64,000 bases of DNA. Source: an uncultured Collinsella sp. GTDB taxonomy: Bacteria > Actinomycetota > Coriobacteriia > Coriobacteriales > Coriobacteriaceae. Under the pieces are notes generated by a model. The model saw only the letters and a list, made by a program, of their open reading frames with translations, was not told the DNA's origin and searched no databases. Where the stretch lies: positions 1,773 to 65,772 of the forward strand of contig UQIC01000007.1 in assembly GCA_900540985.1 (NCBI GenBank). The letters are read 5' to 3'. Positions 21,002 through 31,936 of the stretch are shown piece after piece. The position numbers and the translations under genes are program-made. How positions within the stretch are numbered: the first letter of the stretch is position 1; each line of letters opens with the position of its first letter.

Positions 21002-22044
21002 TGGATCCGAGCGTCTACATCCCCGCCTACCTGGAGCGCACCTATCTGGCGTCGCACCCCGAGCTCACCGATGCAGCACGCGAGCTTGTCCATAACGACA
21101 TTAGCGCGAATCCCCAAAAGTATGCGCAGTCCGAGCATGCCCAGGCGCTGCTGTCCTACGCCGGTGTTCATCGCCACCTGCTCGACGAGCTCCATCGCAT
21201 CGAGGACATGGGCAGCGACGAGGAGTTCGAGCAGACGCGCAATCGCCTGTTCGACGACATGCGCGATGAGCTGCTCAAGATCGTCCGCATCGATGCGTAT
21301 GTCCTCGACGCGCAGCTGCTCGCCATCATCCTGGCCGACACGCCCGTTGACGCCTGCCTGGGCGACCTGATGAAGCTCGAGGCGACCACGGCCGATTACC
21401 TGCAGCAAAGCGTGCCCGGGTTCGATATGGAGGCCCCACACTACTGGGCCAATAATGTTTTGGCCGACGGTGTCACCGCAGCAGACCTTACCGTGAGCGA
21501 GCCGGCTCTTATCGGGTGGCTTCACACGCTCGAGGCCATCTCGCAGCTGTGCATGGCGAGCGCCCGCTACCGCGCTGCTGCCAACTACGCCCGCCGTGTT
21601 CTTAAGGCAGAAGGCTATCCCACCCGAGCTGCAGGCACCGTGCTACTCGCCCTCGCTCGCTTGGAAGACGAGGACGGCTTTTTTGCCCTGGCCCACCAGC
21701 TCGAGGAGCAGATGGGGGCCGATACCCTCGAGAACTCCCCCTGGTACCTGCTCGCCCGCACGATCTTGCTGTTCAAAACGAACAAGATGCGCCCGGCGAC
21801 ACGCGCGCTGCGTGAGTTTGCCAACCGCTGCGAGGGCGGTGCGTTCTTCTTACTGAACCCCATGTACCAGACACCGTACCTTCCCTGCCGGCCCGAGCCA
21901 CACGATCCCTGGGATCTTTCGCACCAGGCCGTTTGGGAAGCGGACGGCATTATCTCGGACACTCCAGACTTTGCCCCCTGGGCCAATGCCTGCGAAGACG
22001 TATCGCAGCTTGCCCAGGAATTTGCGCGCCGCTACGGTTTTTAG
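21001..22044 (+). CDS. Hypothetical alpha-helical protein (347 aa), paralog-like of the upstream gene
   Basis: Start overlaps the upstream stop (TAATG). Has matching segments, for example ...RSCPHAAEALYFQ vs ...NRCEGGAFFLLNPMYQ. Confidence 0.6.
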   Translation: MDPSVYIPAYLERTYLASHPELTDAARELVHNDISANPQKYAQSEHAQALLSYAGVHRHLLDELHRIEDMGSDEEFEQTRNRLFDDMRDELLKIVRIDAYVLDAQLLAIILADTPVDACLGDLMKLEATTADYLQQSVPGFDMEAPHYWANNVLADGVTAADLTVSEPALIGWLHTLEAISQLCMASARYRAAANYARRVLKAEGYPTRAAGTVLLALARLEDEDGFFALAHQLEEQMGADTLENSPWYLLARTILLFKTNKMRPATRALREFANRCEGGAFFLLNPMYQTPYLPCRPEPHDPWDLSHQAVWEADGIISDTPDFAPWANACEDVSQLAQEFARRYGF

Positions 22045-22089
22045 TGACGCACTCGACCCGACCATGTCGTTTACGTTAGGAACGGTTTC

Positions 22090-24264
22090 ATGAACCTCCG
22101 CTCATCTCTTGCCTGCACCTCGAGCGATATCGCTCGCTGGGGGCTGCGCTCCGTCCTTAAGCGCCAGGGTGGCGTACTCCCCGGCCGCATCGCCATGAAG
22201 ATCGACCCCGAGTTGCTGAGCGACCTTGCCGGCCTTGTCGACCGCAGCGTGGTGATCACCGGCACCAACGGCAAGACCACCACCTCCAACCTCATCGCCG
22301 ACGCTGTTGCCGCCAGCGGTGCCACCGTGGTATGCAACCGCGCCGGCAACAACATGGAGCCGGGCGTGGTGGGTGCACTGCTCGAGGCGCGCAGCGGCCT
22401 CAAGCGAGCCGGCGGCAAGCGCGTGGGCGTTTTTGAATGCGATGAGCTCTACACCGTGCGCGTCCTGCCCAAGCTCAAGCCGACGTACTTCGTGCTGCTC
22501 AACCTGTTCCGCGACCAGCTGGACCGCTACGGCGAGATTGACCACACCCAGGACGTCATCGCCCACGCGCTGGAGCTTTCGCCGGCAACGACGCTCATCT
22601 ACAACGCCGACGACCCGCTGTGTGCCGCAATCGCCGCGCGCGTTCCCAACGCGAGCATCGCCTTTGGCATCGACGGCGCCACCAACACCGAGTCCGACCG
22701 TATTAGCGACTCACGTTTTTGCTCACAGTGCAACGCACCGCTGGAGTATGACTACGTGCAATACGGCCAGCTCGGCGCCTACCATTGCCCCTCGTGCGGC
22801 TGGGCCCGCCCTGCGCTTGTCCGTCGCGTGACGGGCGTGAAGCTCGGCTGCGACGGCTACGGCTTTGACCTGGTGTTTGGATCTGCGTCCGACGCGGCTG
22901 CCGTACACATCGCCACGCGCTACAACGGCCTGTACATGGTCTACAACGTTGCCGCCGCCTTCTTTGCCGCACATGAGTTAGGCGTGGATACGGCGCACCT
23001 GCAGCCCACGCTCGATGCCTACGTCCCCGCCGGCGGACGCATGGGCCGCTGGGATATCGCCGGCCGCACCGTCGAGGCCAACCTGGCCAAGAATCCCGTA
23101 GGCTTCGATCGACAGATCCAGTCCATCAAGACGGCAGGCGGCAGACTCTGCGCTTTCTTCCTCAACGACAACGATGCCGACGGCCACGATGTATCGTGGA
23201 TCTACGACGTCGACTTCGAGCGCATCGCCGACACGCCGGGTCTTGTCGCCTTTGCCGGAGGCACGCGTGCGCACGACATGCAGGTACGCCTCAAGTACGC
23301 CGGCATCGATGCCGCGATTATCTCGGACGTCGCGCAGGCAATTGGCGCCGTGGCAGACGAGGCCGCCAATGACACCTTCTACGCCGTCGCCAACTACACG
23401 GCCTTCCCGCCGCTGGTCAAGGAGCTCGACGAGCTGAAAGGCGCTGCCGCCGACGCTGTTGCCGGGCGCGCCGTAGCCCGTGCCGACGGCAGCGCTCTTC
23501 CTGTCGGCATCGCGCCAGTCGAGCTTTCGAGCCCGCTGCGCATCGTCTACCTGTATCCCGATGCCCTTAACCTCTACGGCGACGGCGGCAACGTCATCGC
23601 CCTCGAGCGCCGCTGCGCCTGGCGTGGCATTCCCGTGCGCGTGGACGAGGTCCGTATGGGCGAATCACTCGATCTCACCGATGCCGATATCGTCATGATG
23701 GGCGGTGGCTCCGACCGCGACCAGCTAGCCGTGGCACACGAGCTGCTCGCCCAAAAAGACAAGGTCGCGGCCTATGTTGAGGATGGCGGCTCGCTGCTTG
23801 CCATCTGTGGCAGCTATCAGCTGCTCGGCCGTTCGTACTATATGGGCGAAGATCGCATCGAGGGCCTGGGCGTCATTGCCGCCGAAACCGTACGCGGCTC
23901 CGACCGCCTGATCGGCAACGTTGCCGTCAAGACCGACCTGTCACCCGAGCCCTTTGTGGGATTCGAGAACCATGGAGGTCGCACGCTTTTGGACGCTGAG
24001 GCCACGCCGCTCGGAACGTCCGTCGTCACGGGCACCGGCAACAACGGCGACGATGGCTTTGAGGGCCTGATCTACAAGGGCGTCATCGGCACGTACCTGC
24101 ATGGCCCGGCGCTGCCCAAGAACCCCGAGCTCGCCGACTGGCTGATCGCCCATGCCCTCGAGCGCCGTGGCGATGCACAGGCCGCCGCCCTGCTGCCGCT
24201 CAAGCCCCTCGATGACACCTACGAGCACGCCGCCCACGACGCCGCCATGAAGCTCCTCCCCTAG
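22090..24264 (+). CDS. murT-gatD: Fused MurT-GatD lipid II isoglutaminyl synthase (Mur ligase-like + DUF1727 + class I GATase)
   Basis: N-terminal MurT features: P-loop GTNGKTTTSNLIA and a C4 zinc ribbon CSQCN...CPSCG. C-terminal GatD/CobQ-like amidotransferase features: RIVYLYPDALNLYGDGGN and ICGSYQLLG with catalytic Cys. Confidence 0.8.
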   Translation: MNLRSSLACTSSDIARWGLRSVLKRQGGVLPGRIAMKIDPELLSDLAGLVDRSVVITGTNGKTTTSNLIADAVAASGATVVCNRAGNNMEPGVVGALLEARSGLKRAGGKRVGVFECDELYTVRVLPKLKPTYFVLLNLFRDQLDRYGEIDHTQDVIAHALELSPATTLIYNADDPLCAAIAARVPNASIAFGIDGATNTESDRISDSRFCSQCNAPLEYDYVQYGQLGAYHCPSCGWARPALVRRVTGVKLGCDGYGFDLVFGSASDAAAVHIATRYNGLYMVYNVAAAFFAAHELGVDTAHLQPTLDAYVPAGGRMGRWDIAGRTVEANLAKNPVGFDRQIQSIKTAGGRLCAFFLNDNDADGHDVSWIYDVDFERIADTPGLVAFAGGTRAHDMQVRLKYAGIDAAIISDVAQAIGAVADEAANDTFYAVANYTAFPPLVKELDELKGAAADAVAGRAVARADGSALPVGIAPVELSSPLRIVYLYPDALNLYGDGGNVIALERRCAWRGIPVRVDEVRMGESLDLTDADIVMMGGGSDRDQLAVAHELLAQKDKVAAYVEDGGSLLAICGSYQLLGRSYYMGEDRIEGLGVIAAETVRGSDRLIGNVAVKTDLSPEPFVGFENHGGRTLLDAEATPLGTSVVTGTGNNGDDGFEGLIYKGVIGTYLHGPALPKNPELADWLIAHALERRGDAQAAALLPLKPLDDTYEHAAHDAAMKLLP

Positions 24265-24274
24265 CACCTCACAA

Positions 24275-24308
24275 CCACAAAGGGGACAGGCACCTTTGTG
24301 GTGGTTTT
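24275..24308 (+). terminator. Rho-independent terminator of murT-gatD
   Basis: CCACAAAGG...CCTTTGTGG followed by TGGTTTT. Confidence 0.6.
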
Positions 24309-24322
24309 GACCCATCCCAGCG

Positions 24323-24466
24323 GTTTGTCTCAATCTGCAACATCTAGACCGTTAAAAGTCGTCTTACTGTTACAGAATGAGATGTTCGTCCCGACGCCTG
24401 CCTTTTGTCTCGATCTGTAACAGATAGAGCCGATTTGCCCGCCCAGATGTTACAGATTGAGATATT
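24323..24466. repeat. Array of four 15-bp GTTACAGATTGAGAY-like motifs in alternating orientation (two tandem hairpins)
   Basis: Sites at 24325, 24366, 24405 and 24445. Sites 3 and 4 pair 15/15 with two G-U pairs. The block is bracketed by direct repeats CCTTTGTGGTGGTTTT at 24293 and 24491. Confidence 0.5.
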
Positions 24467-24562
24467 TGAAAATCGGAATAGAAGCCTACTCCTTTGTGGT
24501 GGTTTTCCAGTTTGCCAACGATATACGCGCCGGCAAAAAAGTCTGCTATACTCTTTCCCGCT

Positions 24563-24639
24563 GTCCCCATCGTCTAGCGGCCAAGGACGCCACCCTTTCA
24601 AGGTGGATATCGCGGGTTCGAATCCCGCTGGGGGCACCA
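24563..24639 (+). tRNA. tRNA-Glu (anticodon TTC)
   Basis: Cloverleaf with acceptor GTCCCCA/TGGGGGC, anticodon loop CTTTCAA, T-arm GCGGGTTCGAATCCCGC, and an encoded CCA. Confidence 0.85.
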
Positions 24640-24650
24640 CAGAATCTGAG

Positions 24651-24685
24651 AAGCCCGTTACCAATTCGGTAGCGGGCTTTTTGCT
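24651..24685 (+). terminator. Rho-independent terminator after tRNA-Glu
   Basis: AAGCCCGTTACC...GGTAGCGGGCTT followed by TTTTT. Confidence 0.6.
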
Positions 24686-24689
24686 ACCC

Positions 24690-24745
24690 ATGCGCCGGGA
24701 TTCGAACCCGACAGGGTGCGGATCCCGGCATCATCGCAAGGCCTG
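24690..24745 (-). other. tRNA-like 3' fragment (T-arm GGGTTCGAATCCCGG) without a complete cloverleaf
   Basis: The minus strand reads ...CCCTGTCGGGTTCGAATCCCGGCGCATGGG. No matching 5' acceptor or anticodon arm was found. Confidence 0.25.
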
Positions 24746-25021
24746 TGGTCAAAAAATGGCAAATATGAGTACTGTTACCATTTTAGTTACAGCGATTTCA
24801 TGCCTTCAGAAGGCGATTTAGCCGTCAGGCGTCCTACGGCGGAAAAATTGCAGACGTTTATCGGCTAAGTACTTGGACATATGTTGCGTAACACTTCATA
24901 TTTTGCAAATAAATAATGCTACAGGACTTGTGACAGTACTCATATTTGACGTTTTTTGCCCACAACCCTTTATACCTAGGCATATCGGTAGCAAAACGAG
25001 CTTCAAAGCGCCCTTCGCAAA

Positions 25022-25054
25022 CAAAAACCGGGGCCCGCATGATGCGGACCCCGG
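25022..25054 (-). terminator. Rho-independent terminator of the glutamine synthetase gene
   Basis: CCGGGGCCCGC...GCGGACCCCGG hairpin followed by T5 on the minus strand. Confidence 0.55.
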
Positions 25055-25085
25055 CTCAATACCGTGACGATATGTCAGTTACGCT

Positions 25086-27173
<2,088 letters not shown>

Positions 27174-27392
27174 ACGGAACTCCCTTCGTATCGGCACCGC
27201 GTGAGAAGCGGTGTTGATTACTAACGAACGAGTCATAGCTTAGACTCGCCGTGTTTCCGCAACATTACCGTTATGTTGCTGTCGCGAAACCAATCAATGA
27301 GGTTACCGCATCGCGGCGGCGTTGCCACCCTCAACAGCCAATCAACTGTATAAATTGCAGACCTTTCCCCATGGTTTAAGGGTAGTCAATTT

Positions 27393-27450
27393 GGGATGGG
27401 GCTCCATTAACTGGTATTTCACATCAGATACCAGTCTTTATAGCCCCATC
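27393..27450. other. Imperfect two-stem hairpin in the 360-bp leader between glnN and metF
   Basis: Outer stem GGATGGGGCT/AGCCCCATCC and inner stem CTGGTAT/ATACCAG. Confidence 0.3.
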
Positions 27451-27599
27451 CTAGATTGGCCACCCTGTTATAGGGAATGCCGATAGCAAAGCATTTTCGA
27501 TTGGTATCCCCAAATAGCGAGTGAAACTCCACCGTGACACAGTGGTGCTGTAGAATCCTTACAACACATCACACTATTACGCATCTAGAGGAGCACGAT

Positions 27600-28472
27600 A
27601 TGCGCGTCGACGAGGTTTTTAAGCAGGCAGCATCCCAGGGCACCGCACCCGTTTCGTTTGAGATGTTCCCGCCCAAGGGCGAGCTTACCCTCGATACGGC
27701 TCGCGAAGTGGCAGGCAATCTGTGCAAGCTTTCGCCGAGCTTTGTCTCGGTCACCTGCTCTGCCGGCGGCTCGGGCAACGGCGCCACCACCGCCCCCATC
27801 GCACATATGATTACGAGCGAATTCGATACACCCTCGGTGGCACACCTTACCTGTGTGGGCCGCTCGCACGCCGATATCGCCGCCAAGATCGACGAGTATC
27901 GCACCGCCGGCGTTGAAAACATCCTGGCCCTGCGTGGTGATCTTCCCGCTGGCGCGACCGAGGACGACAAGCCCGCCTCTGACTACGCCTACGCCCGCGA
28001 CCTCATCCCCGAGCTCGTCGACGCCGGCTTTTGCGTGGGCGCCGCAGCCTACCCCGAAGGCCACATTGCCTGCGAGGACCTCAACGCCTCGGTCGAGCAC
28101 CTCAAGCAAAAGCAAGACGCCGGCGCGAGCTTCTTTGTGACACAGCTCTTCTTTGATAACGAGTGCTTCTATCGCTTCCGCGAGCTTGCCGACAAAGCCG
28201 GCATCACCGTGCCTATCACCGCGGGCATCATGCCGTTTATGGGCAAGTCGCAAATCAGCCGCATGGTCTTTATGTGCGGCGCATCGCTGCCCTCCCCCGT
28301 CATCAAGATTCTCGCCAAGTACGAGAACGACCCCGAGAGCCTGCAGGCAGCCGGTGTAGATTATGCTGCTCGTCAGCTTTGCGACCTCAAGGAGCACGGT
28401 GCCGACGGTCTGCACCTGTACACTATGAACCGTCCTGCAATCGCCGCGACCATTATGGAGCGCCTGGGGTAA
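27600..28472 (+). CDS. metF: 5,10-methylenetetrahydrofolate reductase
   Basis: Start MRVDEVFK after AGAGGAG. MTHFR TIM-barrel motifs are present. Confidence 0.9.
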   Translation: MRVDEVFKQAASQGTAPVSFEMFPPKGELTLDTAREVAGNLCKLSPSFVSVTCSAGGSGNGATTAPIAHMITSEFDTPSVAHLTCVGRSHADIAAKIDEYRTAGVENILALRGDLPAGATEDDKPASDYAYARDLIPELVDAGFCVGAAAYPEGHIACEDLNASVEHLKQKQDAGASFFVTQLFFDNECFYRFRELADKAGITVPITAGIMPFMGKSQISRMVFMCGASLPSPVIKILAKYENDPESLQAAGVDYAARQLCDLKEHGADGLHLYTMNRPAIAATIMERLG

Positions 28473-29260
28473 TGGAAAAACCGCACGTCGATACAACCGT
28501 TGTTGAAGTGCCGGCCGACCTTGCGTCGCCGGCGCTTTACCGTATCGATGCTGCGCACCATCCCCGTGTCGACCGTGCCGAGATGCTGCGGTATCTGGGC
28601 TACGGCGGCCAGCAGATTGAGCCCGAACTGTCACGACGTATTGAGCTTGTCGTTGAACGTCTGGAACTGGACATTGAGCCCCGTGGCGTGCGCCGCGTAT
28701 TTGCCATCGATGCCACGGGCGTCGACGAACAGGGCGAGCCTTGCATCCGCCTGGTCGGCACCAACGTTGAGCTGCGCGGTCGCGATATCTATCGTCATCT
28801 TAAGGACGCCCGCTTTGCCGCACTCATGGCATGCACCCTCGGCATGGACGCCGAGCGTCGCCTGCGCACCACGGGAGCCCAACATCCCCTGGAGGGCGCC
28901 GTGCTCGACGCCGCGTGCTCCGCTTACGTGGAAGCCGCCGTTGAGCAAATGGACCAGCAGGTCAAGACGGACGCCGCCACGCACGGGCTCGCCGGCAACT
29001 GGCGCTTTAGTCCCGGCTACGGCGACTGCCCGCTCTCGGCCCAGCGCTCGATCGTCAATGCGCTCAACGCCACGCGGCTCATCGGGCTTACCGTCACACC
29101 CACCAGCCTGCTCATGCCCACCAAAAGCGTGACCGCGGTGATCGGCCTATTCGACGGCGAGGTCCACGACGCCCAGAGCCGCCCCACCTGCAATATCTGC
29201 CGTATGCGCGAGCACTGCCGCTTCCGCGCCGCCCACACCACCTGCTATTCCAGCCATTAG
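28472..29260 (+). CDS. Stand-alone methionine synthase reactivation (AdoMet-binding, Met_synt_B12-like) domain protein
   Basis: TAATG overlap with metF. About 262 aa. Contains ...NWRFSPGYGDCPLSAQRSIVNALNATRLIGLTVTPTSLLMPTKSVTAVIG.... The downstream metH lacks this domain. Confidence 0.55.
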   Translation: MEKPHVDTTVVEVPADLASPALYRIDAAHHPRVDRAEMLRYLGYGGQQIEPELSRRIELVVERLELDIEPRGVRRVFAIDATGVDEQGEPCIRLVGTNVELRGRDIYRHLKDARFAALMACTLGMDAERRLRTTGAQHPLEGAVLDAACSAYVEAAVEQMDQQVKTDAATHGLAGNWRFSPGYGDCPLSAQRSIVNALNATRLIGLTVTPTSLLMPTKSVTAVIGLFDGEVHDAQSRPTCNICRMREHCRFRAAHTTCYSSH

Positions 29261-29269
29261 GAGCCCTCG

Positions 29270-31828
29270 ATGTTTACTCCGCTTATCACTCATGATTCTG
29301 ACGGCACTGCATTGGCGGCACCCGTTGATGCCGCACGCCGTAATGGCGCTGCATACAAGACGCGCACGATCGACGATCTGCGCATTAAGGACGATCACCT
29401 GCGTGCGGCCATCGAGGGCACGGGACACCTGCTGTTCGACGGCGGCATGGGCACCATGTTGCAGGCCGCTGGCATGAAGGCGGGCGCCCTGCCCGAGCTG
29501 CTCAACTTTGAGGAGCCCCAGGTTATCACTGATATCCAACGTCAATATGTCGAGGCCGGCTGCGACGTGATCACCTCCAACACCTTTGGCGCCAACGCCC
29601 ACAAGCTCGACGGTGCTGCCACTGTGGCAGACGTCTTTGCCGCGGCCGTCGCCTGTGCCCGCGAGGCCGGTGCCCGCTACGTCGCCGGTGACATCGGCCC
29701 CATCGGCGCGCTGCTTCGCCCCTTGGGTACCCTCAGCTTCGACGAGGCCTACGACCTCTTTGCCGAGGAAGTGCGCGCCGGCGTCGCCGCGGGTGTGGAC
29801 CTCTTTATTATCGAGACTATGACCGACCTGGCCGAGATCAAGGCGGCGGTCCTCGCCTGCTGCGAGAACTCCGACCTGCCCGTCTTTGCCACCATGACCT
29901 TTGAGGAAGACGGTCGCACCTTCCTGGGAACGAGTCCCGAGGTGGCCGCCATCACGCTCGACGCCATCGGCGCCGACGTTTTGGGCATCAACTGCAGCCA
30001 AGGACCGGCCGAGCTCCGAGGACTCGCCGCACGTATGCTCACCGTTACCGACAAGCCTGTTATGGTGCAGGCCAACGCAGGACTGCCCCACGTGGACGAC
30101 GACGGCAACACCGTCTTTGATATCCAGGCCCCCGAATACGCCGAAGCCGTCGCCGGCATGATCGCCGACGGCGTGAGCGTCGTGGGCGGCTGCTGCGGCA
30201 CCACGCCGGCGCACATGGCGGCCTTGCGCACGCTTATCGACAACCACACGCCCAGCCCGCGCCGCCGCAAGCCCAGCATGTCGGTCACGAGCGCCCAAAC
30301 GGTCGTGGACCTTCCCTGCGACGGCCACAAGATCGCCGTCATCGGCGAGCGCATCAACCCCACCGGCAAAAAGCGCCTGCAGCAGGCCCTGCGCGACGGC
30401 GACCTGGACTACGTCGTGAGCCAGGGCATCAGCCAGCAGGAACAGGGCGCCGACATTCTGGACGTCAACGTGGGCCTGCCCGAGATCGACGAGGTCAAGA
30501 TCATCCAACAGGCGACCGAACAGCTCCAGGGCTCCACGCTGCTGCCACTGCAGATCGACTCCACCGACCCCGCCGCCGTCGAGGCCGCCGTGCGCCGCTA
30601 CGCCGGCAAGCCCATCATCAACTCGGTCAATGGCAAGCAGCAGATCATGGATGAGATCTTTCCGCTGGTCGCCCACTACGGCACCAACGTTGTCGGCCTT
30701 ACGCTCGACGAAGGCGGCATCCCCGATACCGCCGAGGCTCGCTTCGCCATCGCCGAGCGCATCGTTGCCGAGGCTGCCCGCTACGGCATCGGACCGGACC
30801 GCATCCTCATCGACTGCCTGGTCATGACCGCCTCGACCAATCAACGCCAGGCCGAGCAGATCCTGCGCGCCATGTCCCTGTGCAAGGAGCGTCTGGGCGT
30901 CAAATGCGCGCTCGGCGTGTCGAACATCAGCTTTGGCCTGCCTGCCCGCCCGCTGCTGGGTTCGGTCTTTTTGGCCGCCGCCTTCGGCGCGGGCCTGGAC
31001 GCCCCCATCATGAACCCGGGCTCCAAGCGCTTTATGGATACCGTCTACAGCTATCGCGTCCTGAGCGTTGAGGACGAGGGCTCGACCGGATACATCGAGC
31101 GCTACGCCGGCTGGACCGATCAGTATAAGATCGCCGCAAACCCGGCAGCAGCTCAGGCCGCATCGAGTGATGCCGTGCCCGCTGCTGGCACCGCCGGCAC
31201 CGACGGCAACGACGACCCGATTCGTCGCATGGTCGTCTCGGGCCGCAAAGGCGAGATCGCTGCCGAGACCGAGCGTCTGCTGGCAGACCACGACGCCATG
31301 GACCTCATCAACAATCACTTTATCCCCGCCCTCGACGAGGTTGGCGTCCTCTTTGACCAGGGCAAGTTCTTCTTGCCGCAGCTCATGGCCTCGGCCGAGG
31401 CCGCACGCGTGGGCTTCGACACCATCAAACGCCTGATGCCCGCCGGCGAGATTGCCGACAAGGGCAAGATCTGCGTGGCCACCGTCAAGGGCGACATCCA
31501 CGATATTGGCAAGAACATCGTCAAGATGCTGCTCGATAACTACGGCTACACCGTCTTTGATCTGGGTCGCGACGTCGACCCGCAGGAGGTGCTCAAGACC
31601 GTGCAGGAGCGCGACATTAAGCTCGTCGGCCTCTCGGCGCTTATGACCACCACGGTCGTCGCCATGGAAGAGACCATCAAGCTGCTTCATGCCGAGGTGC
31701 CGGGCGTCAAGATCATCGTGGGCGGCGCCGTACTCACCCCCGAATACGCCAAGCAGATCGGCGCGGACTACTACGCCAAGGACGCCGCCGAAAGCGCTCG
31801 CATCGCCGAAGAGGTCTTTGGGCAGTAA
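29270..31828 (+). CDS. metH: Methionine synthase lacking the activation domain (Hcy S-methyltransferase + pterin-binding + B12-cap + B12-binding)
   Basis: Homocysteine-binding domain with Zn ligands GGCCGTTP. Pterin-binding domain present. B12-binding motif DIHDIGKN with GG..L...Y. 852 aa. Confidence 0.9.
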   Translation: MFTPLITHDSDGTALAAPVDAARRNGAAYKTRTIDDLRIKDDHLRAAIEGTGHLLFDGGMGTMLQAAGMKAGALPELLNFEEPQVITDIQRQYVEAGCDVITSNTFGANAHKLDGAATVADVFAAAVACAREAGARYVAGDIGPIGALLRPLGTLSFDEAYDLFAEEVRAGVAAGVDLFIIETMTDLAEIKAAVLACCENSDLPVFATMTFEEDGRTFLGTSPEVAAITLDAIGADVLGINCSQGPAELRGLAARMLTVTDKPVMVQANAGLPHVDDDGNTVFDIQAPEYAEAVAGMIADGVSVVGGCCGTTPAHMAALRTLIDNHTPSPRRRKPSMSVTSAQTVVDLPCDGHKIAVIGERINPTGKKRLQQALRDGDLDYVVSQGISQQEQGADILDVNVGLPEIDEVKIIQQATEQLQGSTLLPLQIDSTDPAAVEAAVRRYAGKPIINSVNGKQQIMDEIFPLVAHYGTNVVGLTLDEGGIPDTAEARFAIAERIVAEAARYGIGPDRILIDCLVMTASTNQRQAEQILRAMSLCKERLGVKCALGVSNISFGLPARPLLGSVFLAAAFGAGLDAPIMNPGSKRFMDTVYSYRVLSVEDEGSTGYIERYAGWTDQYKIAANPAAAQAASSDAVPAAGTAGTDGNDDPIRRMVVSGRKGEIAAETERLLADHDAMDLINNHFIPALDEVGVLFDQGKFFLPQLMASAEAARVGFDTIKRLMPAGEIADKGKICVATVKGDIHDIGKNIVKMLLDNYGYTVFDLGRDVDPQEVLKTVQERDIKLVGLSALMTTTVVAMEETIKLLHAEVPGVKIIVGGAVLTPEYAKQIGADYYAKDAAESARIAEEVFGQ

Positions 31829-31853
31829 CACAACGGAAACAACCGAGCACCAA

Positions 31854-31891
31854 AACGTGCCGCACGCGCCACTTGGCACGTGCGGCACGTT
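31854..31891 (+). terminator. Strong 13-bp perfect hairpin after metH (terminator-like; no clear T-run)
   Basis: AACGTGCCGCACG...CGTGCGGCACGTT. Confidence 0.35.
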
Positions 31892-31936
31892 AGAATAGAT
31901 AAGACTATGCTCGTTTTGGCAGATAGGAGCGCAAGG

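Noticed and set aside
24323-24466. CRISPR array
   Set aside because: Only four short motifs, in alternating orientation and with non-uniform spacing. The parS triplet (47987-48080) likewise comprises protein-binding palindromes and not CRISPR repeats.
24690-24745. Possible complete tRNA gene on the minus strand
   Set aside because: Only a T-arm and a 3' acceptor-like strand are present. No complementary 5' acceptor strand or anticodon arm could be folded. It is kept only as a tRNA-like fragment.
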